This document shows positions 20,389 through 28,500 of a stretch of DNA of 64,000 nucleotides, one piece after another (position 1 is the first letter of the stretch; every line of letters begins with the position of its first letter). The translations under genes were made by a program, and so were the position numbers. The DNA lies in the NCBI GenBank assembly GCA_963777505.1, contig CAVZQN010000004.1, forward strand, positions 160,001 through 224,000, written 5' to 3'. Origin of the DNA: an uncultured bacterium (GTDB taxonomy: Bacteria > Acidobacteriota > HRBIN11 > JAKEFK01). The notes under the pieces were generated by a model that saw only the letters and a list, made by a program, of their open reading frames with translations, searched no databases and was not told the DNA's origin.

Positions 20389-21135
20389 TTACTTGAAAAA
20401 GAATTTAAGCGGGCGCCAGAGCCTGTGTGACCAATCCAGCTCTGTATGATCTCCATCTTTATCGAAGAAGTATTCCAAATCAACCCCTTTTTTGTAGCCT
20501 TTGTCTTTTAAGACGGCAAGCATTTGTCTATATCCAGGAAGTAACAAGCGGTCCAGCTTTTTTGTACCACAATCTAGATAAATGCGGATATTCTTTTTCG
20601 GCTTTGTGAATGTTTGAACTTCCTTAATGATGGAATTATGTTTCCACAGAAATGCGCTTGAAAAACAAGCTGCAGATGAAAATACATTTGGATGCCACCA
20701 GGAAATCAAAAATGAAATTAATCCACCCATGGAAGCTCCAAGATTTGCTGTATTGCTTCGATCGGGCAGCGTCCTATAGGTATTGTCAATAAAGGGTTTT
20801 AGTTGTTTCACTAGAAATTCTGCGTAACTTTTGCCGCGTGTGCCACCCGCGTATTCTGTGTCGCGATCTGGGGAATTATAAATTCCTACGGCAATGAATT
20901 CTTTGATGGTTCTTTTTTTGATCAACCGTTGTGCTACGCGATCCAATCCCCATGGCACACCGAGGAAGGAAGTTGCAGGGTCAATCATATTCTGGCCATC
21001 ATGAACATAGAGCACCGGAAAACGTTTGCGCGGTTTTTTCCAATATGAAGGTGGCAGCCAGATGATTACATCGCGGGGGTACCTGAGTAGCGGGCTCTCA
21101 ATGTTGCGATGATAACGGATAAATTTCGGATCCAT
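20389..21135 (-). CDS. Alpha/beta hydrolase, putative esterase
   Basis: PVLYVHDGQN, GASMGG nucleophile elbow, catalytic His in GDHTELDW. Confidence 0.9.
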   Translation of the reverse strand: MDPKFIRYHRNIESPLLRYPRDVIIWLPPSYWKKPRKRFPVLYVHDGQNMIDPATSFLGVPWGLDRVAQRLIKKRTIKEFIAVGIYNSPDRDTEYAGGTRGKSYAEFLVKQLKPFIDNTYRTLPDRSNTANLGASMGGLISFLISWWHPNVFSSAACFSSAFLWKHNSIIKEVQTFTKPKKNIRIYLDCGTKKLDRLLLPGYRQMLAVLKDKGYKKGVDLEYFFDKDGDHTELDWSHRLWRPLKFFFK

Positions 21136-21153
21136 TTACAAGCGCACATCATA

Positions 21154-21651
21154 TCATTGGCCTTCTTTGGAACCGAGGATCATAACTGAAACGGTGCGAT
21201 CGCGTGCGCAGTCTAGTTCTAGAAAGAAAACACGCTGCCAACGGCCCAGTACCAAACGGCCATGCGCAAGATTTAATGTTTGTGCCGGGCTCAGCAGCAG
21301 AGCTTTGCAATGAGCATGACCATTCGCAAGTTCTCCTGGCTGCATATTGACTGTGCGGATAGAAAAATCATCATGACGGTATTTTGCTTTTCTTGGAGCA
21401 TGCCGTTCAAGCATCCGTTTCATATCTTGAAGTAACAAAGGCTCATTTTCATTCACAATAATTGCGGCTGTTGTGTGCAAGGATTGGATATTCACAAACC
21501 CTGAATAACATCCGCAGTCGCTGATGATGGATTGAATTCTTTCTGTAATATCGATAAATTGCAGTGTTTTTCGCGAACGAATGCGGATGAATTCATGATA
21601 CGCAGATAGGCCTGGTGACGGATCGACAAATTGAATTTTTGTGTTTTGCAT
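21154..21651 (-). CDS. yjbQ: YjbQ/UPF0047 family protein (secondary thiamine-phosphate synthase-like)
   Basis: FIDIT, HTTAAIIVNENEP, NGHAHCK, LGRWQRVFFLELD. Confidence 0.9.
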   Translation of the reverse strand: MQNTKIQFVDPSPGLSAYHEFIRIRSRKTLQFIDITERIQSIISDCGCYSGFVNIQSLHTTAAIIVNENEPLLLQDMKRMLERHAPRKAKYRHDDFSIRTVNMQPGELANGHAHCKALLLSPAQTLNLAHGRLVLGRWQRVFFLELDCARDRTVSVMILGSKEGQ

Positions 21652-21653
21652 AT

Positions 21654-22457
21654 TTATCTACCTTGAAGTATCGGAGCAGCAACAGCTCTAGATGTTGCTG
21701 CAGATTTTTTTCGCAAGAGAATCATTTGCAATGCGCGGTTCAAATGAAGATTTGAGGTTTTTCTGAATCTGCGCAAAGGAAAACCTCCAGTACGAAATAC
21801 ATTTTTGTGTCCCATCCAAACGACTAGAAGAGTGACGCGATGAAAGATGGAGTACGCCGTATTCCATAGTGCGTTAATCCAATCTGGACGATTACGCCTG
21901 AGATCCCCAAGAATGCCTGCATGAAATGCAAGATGATGCATTTCGTCACGCAGCAAATGTCTGCATATTGATTGCAATGCCGGAGAATCTGTTGCATCGC
22001 GCAAAGCACGATAATAAACTCGTGCCACGAGTTCTGCGGTCATCAACACGGCGACACACAGTTCCAGGTTCCAGCGCCGCCGTAAGAAACGGAAAATCGA
22101 ATCAGTCCAATGATGTTTTAATAAAGGAATTCCTTCCAATTGAAGAAAATGTCCCAGCAATGCGGCATGCCGTTGCTCTTCGCCAATAAATAATCGGACA
22201 GCTTCAAGCAGATATAGATCCCCTTTTTGTTCGGACTCGATTTCAGCAGCCTTAAGCAGACGCTTTCCATCCGAACTTTCGCCCAGTTGAAATGTTTGGA
22301 TCGAAGCCGATACGAAGATCCGTTCTTGAAGGGTTAATGCTGGAGATTCGTGCCATGGAATCTGCCGGGTATATGAGTTCGATTCAAAGTAGGCACACCA
22401 TTGCCGTGAATTCCAATAGATGGCGTCACGCGTATGAGGATGCGATTGTGTATCCAT
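21654..22457 (-). CDS. Ferritin-like (diiron carboxylate) domain protein
   Basis: FQLGESS, EEQRH, AELVARVYY, DEMHH (E...ExxH twice). ATG at 22457 with SD TAAGGAG. Confidence 0.85.
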   Translation of the reverse strand: MDTQSHPHTRDAIYWNSRQWCAYFESNSYTRQIPWHESPALTLQERIFVSASIQTFQLGESSDGKRLLKAAEIESEQKGDLYLLEAVRLFIGEEQRHAALLGHFLQLEGIPLLKHHWTDSIFRFLRRRWNLELCVAVLMTAELVARVYYRALRDATDSPALQSICRHLLRDEMHHLAFHAGILGDLRRNRPDWINALWNTAYSIFHRVTLLVVWMGHKNVFRTGGFPLRRFRKTSNLHLNRALQMILLRKKSAATSRAVAAPILQGR

Positions 22458-22478
22458 TGTCTTCTCCTTAGCGCAGAG

Positions 22479-22497
22479 TACTTTGCATTGCAAAGTA
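22479..22497. promoter_or_regulatory. Palindromic operator TACTTTGCA-T-TGCAAAGTA
   Basis: Perfect 19-bp palindrome about 20 nt upstream of the ferritin-like ATG. Same core as 23619-23637. Confidence 0.75.
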
Positions 22498-22504
22498 ATT
22501 GGCC

Positions 22505-22569
22505 TTTTTTAATGCCGAGACCGCCGGTTGTATCAACTCATGGTTTCCGGCGTGCTCGGCGTTAAAAAA
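22505..22569. repeat. Hairpin/bidirectional-terminator-like repeat after the regulator gene
   Basis: TTTTTTAATGCCGAG-ACCGCCGG...CCGGCGTG-CTCGGCGTTAAAAAA. Related to 25490-25550. Confidence 0.55.
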
Positions 22570-22950
22570 TTACGAGCGCGAAGCTTTTGCTGCAAATTGC
22601 ATAAAACTTTCTTTTCCTGTTTCTGATTGAACGGATTCTGCGGCGCGCGCAAGGACTTCTTCCAGCGCTTGCAAATATTCCATAAACCGGTCCCGGCCTT
22701 TATCCGTAAGAAGAATTGTCGTTTGCGGACGGTTCTTTATGAAAGTCTTACGGATACGTATGACCTTCGCTTCCTCAAGGGCTTTTAGATGTCTGCTTAA
22801 ATTGCCGTCTGTTAGATTGCATTCGTCTTTTAATTCCTGAAATGTGATGCCGTTTGCTGAACCACAAAGCTCCGATAAAATTGCAAGACGATTCGGTTCA
22901 TGAAATACACCTTTTAGAATTTGAAATGGATTTTCACGCTTTGATGTCAT
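22570..22950 (-). CDS. Winged-helix transcriptional regulator (HTH_34/ArsR-MarR-like)
   Basis: FHEPNRLAILSEL...FQELKDECNLTDGNLSRHLKALEEA...RPQT...LTDKGR. 4-nt ATGA overlap with the upstream gene. Confidence 0.9.
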   Translation of the reverse strand: MTSKRENPFQILKGVFHEPNRLAILSELCGSANGITFQELKDECNLTDGNLSRHLKALEEAKVIRIRKTFIKNRPQTTILLTDKGRDRFMEYLQALEEVLARAAESVQSETGKESFMQFAAKASRS

Positions 22951-23591
22951 TGTGGATCCTCTCCGATTTTTGAGAAATTAAAAAATTCTCGAAATGAAGT
23001 TTCTTCGCTGCCGTCAAAATGTAAAATAATTCCTCCGACCCATTCACCGATAAAAAATACAATTCCCATCGGCCATGGATTCAGAAATGAAAGATCGCCT
23101 TGTAGCAGCAAAATCGTTCCACAGGCTACGTAAAACAGAGATGGAATCCAGATCGAGCGTGGAACGGTATGACGAGTTGCAAAATTTGCAAGACCAAACA
23201 GACACATCCAGATGCCAAAAAGATAGGAATAGAGTCCATGATTCAGGAATGTAAAAGTAAGAATCCCTCCGACAGCTAATGGAAGAAGAACATCCAGCAA
23301 TGGTCTGAGCCGTTTTATATCGCCTCTGTTATCAAGAAGGAACCAGTAAAGAATTGCGGCGAAGTTCAAGATAATTGCAAGAAAAAAGAGAACGCTCCAT
23401 CCGAGCAGGTGGGCGATTATAGTTTTCGGATAAATAGACAACGACATCACTGCGGCAATTATGAGAGCGAGAGTCCCCGAAATTGCGCGAGCACGGCCGG
23501 AATAACCCTTGAATCGCTGTTTCTCAAGGATCTTTTTTTGTAAGTCCCGAACCTGTGAGAGCGCTTGTTGGACAGGATTTCCTTCCATCAT
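22947..23591 (-). CDS. Six-TM hypothetical membrane protein co-translated with the regulator
   Basis: FKGYSG, WMCLFG and FFIGEWVGG motifs, about 6 TM segments. ATG at 23591 lies 8 nt after a -10 box. Confidence 0.75.
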   Translation of the reverse strand: MMEGNPVQQALSQVRDLQKKILEKQRFKGYSGRARAISGTLALIIAAVMSLSIYPKTIIAHLLGWSVLFFLAIILNFAAILYWFLLDNRGDIKRLRPLLDVLLPLAVGGILTFTFLNHGLYSYLFGIWMCLFGLANFATRHTVPRSIWIPSLFYVACGTILLLQGDLSFLNPWPMGIVFFIGEWVGGIILHFDGSEETSFREFFNFSKIGEDPQ

Positions 23592-23599
23592 GACTGTAG

Positions 23600-23637
23600 A
23601 TAATACAAGATTGCAAAGAACTTTGCAATACAAAGTT
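23600..23637 (-). promoter_or_regulatory. sigma70 promoter TTGCAA-N17-TATTAT overlapped by operator AACTTTG-N5-CAAAGTT
   Basis: Minus strand aactttgtaTTGCAAagttctttgcaatcttgTATTATctacagtcATG. Operator at 23619-23637. Confidence 0.7.
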
Positions 23638-24307
23638 AATTGGGCAATCTTGATGCTTCCAGATCCTCATCGATGTCAATTTCCTCGGACTGCCGTATTT
23701 TTTCGCGTTTTCTCGTGAAGTAAATCAATCCGGACATAACTCCCAGGAAAAATCCGATTGCATGCGCGCGGTAACTCACCGTTGGCTCAATGACTGAAGG
23801 TACAAATACAATTAGAACGAAGCCCAAACTTCTAACGAGACGCTTCCCAATCGAAAAACGTCTTTCAATTAATACATACAACATCAACCAGAATCCTGCC
23901 ATGCAATACACAACACCGGAAGCTCCAACCAGAGTCACTTCGGAAGGATACGTCAGCAAAGTTACAAGATGAATGATGCAGCCAAGAAGAATCATCAATC
24001 CTGGAAAAATAGACGGTCCGAAGTAGCCATATAAGAGTGAACTGAAGAGTGCGAGTGGAATAGCATTCGATAAAAAATGCATAAAATCTGAATGAACCAG
24101 AATCGCTGTGAACAAACGCCAATACTGCTTTTGTTGAAAGACGAGTTGACCACTTGCCGGCAGCCATTGTGCAAGACCTCTCCAGTTTTCCCAATAAATG
24201 ATTGACGCAAAAAAAGCGGCTGATACCGCGGCGAGTCCAGCATATGAGCTTGAGCGTTGCGGCTTTGAGGAAAGAAGTGTTTCGCGGACAATCTGATCAG
24301 AATTCAT
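23636..24307 (-). CDS. Rhomboid family intramembrane serine protease
   Basis: WRLFTAILVHSDFMHFLSN, GASG catalytic Ser, AHAIG catalytic His. Confidence 0.92.
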   Translation of the reverse strand: MNSDQIVRETLLSSKPQRSSSYAGLAAVSAAFFASIIYWENWRGLAQWLPASGQLVFQQKQYWRLFTAILVHSDFMHFLSNAIPLALFSSLLYGYFGPSIFPGLMILLGCIIHLVTLLTYPSEVTLVGASGVVYCMAGFWLMLYVLIERRFSIGKRLVRSLGFVLIVFVPSVIEPTVSYRAHAIGFFLGVMSGLIYFTRKREKIRQSEEIDIDEDLEASRLPN

Positions 24308-24355
24308 TTTAGCTCAACCGCCAAGCACGAAGATCGGCCAGAAATATTAGTGTAT

Positions 24356-25486
24356 TTATTTTGAAAAACGATCGATACGGAAGCCATCAATTGGGTGTGC
24401 CGTTTTTCCATCCAGACATAAATCAGCAAGTATTTCGCCTACAACGGGTGCAAACTTAAATCCATGCCCTGAAAAACCTGCTGCTATAAAGCAACGTGGA
24501 AATTCAGGATGAACATCGATTATGAAATGTTGATCCGGAGTCATCGTGTACAAACATACCTTACCTTCCAATAACTGACTGCTGACTTCGGGTAGATAGT
24601 TTTTCAAGAAACTTTGCAGTTGAACGGCATCATGGTCAGAGAACTCGCGTGGAACATCGTTAGGATCGTTAAACAATAGTCCACCACCATGGCGAGCAAG
24701 TTTTAATCCTTCATGCTGATAAAGTGGGAACCCGTAAAAAATTCCTGCTGGTGTTTCCGCAAGAAAAACCGGGAAACGAGCCGGATCAAATGCGGATGAA
24801 TCATTGGGTGGAAACCAACCGATGGCCTGTCGTTGAATTTGAAGCGGCAATGAAAGGTCCGCAAGTAAACGTGTGTTCCAGGCACCGCCGCAAACCAGCA
24901 CAGCTCCTGCATCGTAGGATGCTTTTGAAGTTTGAACCTGAACAGAATTTCCGAGGAATTTGATGTCTTCAACGGATTCATTTTCATTCAGCACTGCTCC
25001 GTATTGTTGAGCAAGTTCAAGATGCGAACGGATACATATTTCAACGATCAGAAAACCGGCCATTGGATCGAAGCAGATGTGCCAATCATCAGGAATATGA
25101 AATTGTGGCCATCGTGTTGAAGCTTCTTTTGATCGTAAATGTTCATACGGCAAATGGTGATCAATACATGCCTTCAATGCGCCTGAAAATACGGTACTTT
25201 GTTCGGGACCCACATCGATTCCGCCTGAGCGGACAAGCATTTGTTTGCCGGTCTCTTTTTCAAGCAGCTGCCACAGTTCATCGGACCGCAGGACAAGTGG
25301 TACATAGTCAGGTGATTCGAAGTATGCATGCCGGATGATGCGTGTGTAGCCAGTATGGCTTCCGAGATCATGAACCGCTTTGTATTGCTCAAGCACAAGC
25401 ACACGCTGCCCGCGCAATGCGAGGTGATATGCTGCAGCACTCCCCATCGTTCCCGCGCCAATGATAATTGCATCGTATGTCGACAT
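24356..25486 (-). CDS. solA: N-methyl-L-tryptophan oxidase / monomeric sarcosine oxidase family
   Basis: GAGTMG FAD fold, GSHTGYTRIIRHAY, CLYTMTPD (flavinylation Cys), GFSGHGFKF. Confidence 0.9.
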   Translation of the reverse strand: MSTYDAIIIGAGTMGSAAAYHLALRGQRVLVLEQYKAVHDLGSHTGYTRIIRHAYFESPDYVPLVLRSDELWQLLEKETGKQMLVRSGGIDVGPEQSTVFSGALKACIDHHLPYEHLRSKEASTRWPQFHIPDDWHICFDPMAGFLIVEICIRSHLELAQQYGAVLNENESVEDIKFLGNSVQVQTSKASYDAGAVLVCGGAWNTRLLADLSLPLQIQRQAIGWFPPNDSSAFDPARFPVFLAETPAGIFYGFPLYQHEGLKLARHGGGLLFNDPNDVPREFSDHDAVQLQSFLKNYLPEVSSQLLEGKVCLYTMTPDQHFIIDVHPEFPRCFIAAGFSGHGFKFAPVVGEILADLCLDGKTAHPIDGFRIDRFSK

Positions 25487-25489
25487 ATT

Positions 25490-25550
25490 TTTTTAACGCA
25501 GAGGCCGCCGAGTTTAAAAAAAATTCTCTCGGCGTACTTGGCGTTAAAAA
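25490..25550. repeat. Inverted pair of the ACGCAGAG-type repeat forming a terminator-like hairpin
   Basis: TTTTTAACGCAGAGGCCGCCGAG...CTCTCGGCGTACTTGGCGTTAAAAA immediately after the alpha-2-macroglobulin stop. Confidence 0.55.
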
Positions 25551-28500
25551 TTAGTTTACATCAGATACACGAATGCGAAGCTCTTCACCATTCGCGCGAA
25601 TTTCGGGAACATACATCGCATGTCCAAGCAAAGGGAGAGCATGAAATTGACCTGGAACTTCTGCGCGCAAGGAATATCGGATCTGCCAGACTCCTTGCGG
25701 CAACTTATCAATGAACAACGCAACCTTTCTGTCGCGCAATTCTTGATACACCCATCGAGTGCGTCCAGTATGATCTTCCGATTGTTCTTGAGGCGCTGAA
25801 ATTTTAGATTGCTCTTTTTTGTTTCCTAACTTGCGTTCAACTGCTCCTGATTTTAATTCAGTGGCAAACAATGATTCACCGCTGCGTATTTCGACAGCTT
25901 CAAGTCCGGCAGGTTTCAAATCTTCAAATACGAGATATTCATAATTGTTTTTGGCTTCGATCGTAACGACAACTTCCACTCGTTCACCACTTTTGACTTC
26001 CCCTGAATCGGTTAGTGGAACTCGATCGTAGGTGTAGCCTTTTAACAATGTTGGTTTGCCCGATAAGCGGAAATATTCACGTTTTACGAAAATTTCATTT
26101 CCTGCGGCCGTTACAGGTTCTTCCAGACTGAAGAATTTTGCTTCGGTTGAAAAGTAAAGCGGGCCATTTCCAGATTTTTTGCGAATCTGGATTTCGTTAT
26201 TGCCGTCTCTCAGCAGTTCCTGCTTAATGCGGAACAAGCTCGGTGCTGAAAGAACAGATGCTGGAGTCACACGTTGGGTTGCTATGTGTGAACCATTTAC
26301 AAGTACATCGAATTCCAAATCAGTTTTCAATTCCTGACTGACTTTTAGATAGTCTGTTAGCGTGTAAAGTACGAATGCTGTATCGCGTGTATTACTCCAT
26401 TGCGCACCGCGGCGATTTTTGATCAGCCAATTAGAAACGGGTTCAATCAAAGTATTCTGAGGATCGATTGCTAACAATGCGCGAAGCACAAATGCAGTCG
26501 CTTCAACGCCACCATCGGACCAGCGCCAGTAAATTCCATCTTCACCCCAATGCGCGGTACCCATCACTGATTCTGAAGTTTCCTGACCTTTAATCAAGAT
26601 TGAAGTATCGGGAGCTTGATCGCGTTTGACACCGTTTTCGAGATTGCGAATTAATACCGATGCCTTTTCACGATCACCGTACTGGTGTGCACTCAATGCC
26701 AGCAGTGCGCGAGTATATGCATTTAACCGGTCTTTGTTCTTCCACAAATTCGCTAGCGCTTTTTGTTCGTAATCACCAGGTCCCGATTTGATTTGAGCTT
26801 TATACGAAGATAATGCATGAAGCATCCAGGATTGCATGTCATATGAATCTTCCTGTTCAACAAGTTCCTTCGCCAAAAATTCAGCCCCGCGATTGAGCGC
26901 ATCTTCGCGAACTTCGACTCCGGCAGCGCGCGCGAGTGTAAAGCCCCACACAACATAGCCAGTCATGAAGTGATCGCTCTCACCTTCTTTCCACCAGCCC
27001 CATCCTCCATCCTGATGCTGGAAATCATAAAGACGCTGAAGTCCGGCATTGACCATATCAGACAGTTTCTTCAGATCTTTTTTCCCTTCCGGATGAGTTT
27101 TTGCAAGATGTTCTTCAACGATGCCGCCATAATTCTGATTTGCTGTTTTCTTCAAGTTCAAATCGTTGATTGTTTTCGCAACCAGAACTGCAGGCAGGAA
27201 TCGGCTCATCGTTTGTTCGGTACAGCCATACGGATAATCGATTAAATAGGGAAGTGCATCGAGCATCGTGACAGCCATGCTTGGTGTCACTTGCAGCGAA
27301 AGAGACGTTGAATCCTTTTTACGGGCAGCAGGAATGTTGAGTTGGATTGTTACCTCTTGTCCGCGGACCTTTCCTGATTTCACCAACAGTTTTTCAATTC
27401 CATGTTCAAAGACCGGATAAGTCTTTTCCATCGCATCTGCGAATTCCCCGCCGCGTGAAGTGACTCGAAGTTTCGCCAAGCCCGCTTCTCGAACTTCAAC
27501 ATTCCAATCGACACGTTTTTCGCTGTTGGGTTCTACAGTTACCGAAGTCGTCTTTAATCCTGCTTCCCCAATCGCTAATCCGCTTGCTTCAAGTGTTGTA
27601 GAAACACTGAATGCTTTTTCAGTGTTGTTATTGATTACCCCCGATATCGTGACGCGATCTCCTACTACGAAGAAACGTGGCGCCTGCAAACGTACGATTA
27701 GTGGTTTGCGGGTTTTTGTTGTTGCATCTCCGATTCCAAATTGATTTGAATTGCTCGCAACACGCGCCGTTGCTTTCCATGCTGTTAGGGAATCCGGATA
27801 TTTTACGCGAACTGTCGCAATGCCCGTTTTGTCTGTAACAACATCCGGTTTCCAAAATGCTGTTGCGCGAAAATCGGTACGGACTTCTACGGCTGCTTCT
27901 TCCGGCGCGGCTAGTGCTTCTTTTGCCAGCGCTTTCTCCGCTACTCTTGCATTGCGACGTGCCCCCGCAACAGCGGGTGGCGGGGGTGCAGCCTGATCTG
28001 CTCCCACTTTGCTTTCTGATTGCGCCATTGCGCCACCAACAGCATCAAACTCCAACTTATTGCCAAGTTCTTGCCGCTCGCGATCATCAAAATCACGCCT
28101 TTTTAAATCAACGTAACTTTTTTGCTGAAAGGTGCTGAAGGTCTGAACTGTCTGGCTCCGTTTTTCGCCAAAGAAAAATTGTCGTGGATCACCGGCATAA
28201 TCTTGTTGAATGTAGGAAACAGATTCATCAGAAAGTGAAAGCGCAAGTTCCGCCGCAACGGGATTTCCATCCGCATCTTTAGTTGTTACCGACAGTGTTC
28301 CTTCTTCGCCAGGCTGATATTGTTCACGATCCGATTTCACCTGCACCTGCAAGAAGTTTTTAACAGGAGGTACAACGACTTGCTTTGTATCCATGAAGAT
28401 CTGTCGATCATTCACCATCACTGCGTTTAAGAAAATATTCGGGACATGTTTTTCTTCGATCGGCAGCTCTATCAATTTGACGGTGCCAGTCATGTGAATC

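Noticed and set aside
22458-23633. Similar N-termini MQCKVLC / MYCKVLC in two ORF-track proteins
   Set aside because: This is translation through the shared DNA operator from TTG starts. The better starts are 22457 and 23591.
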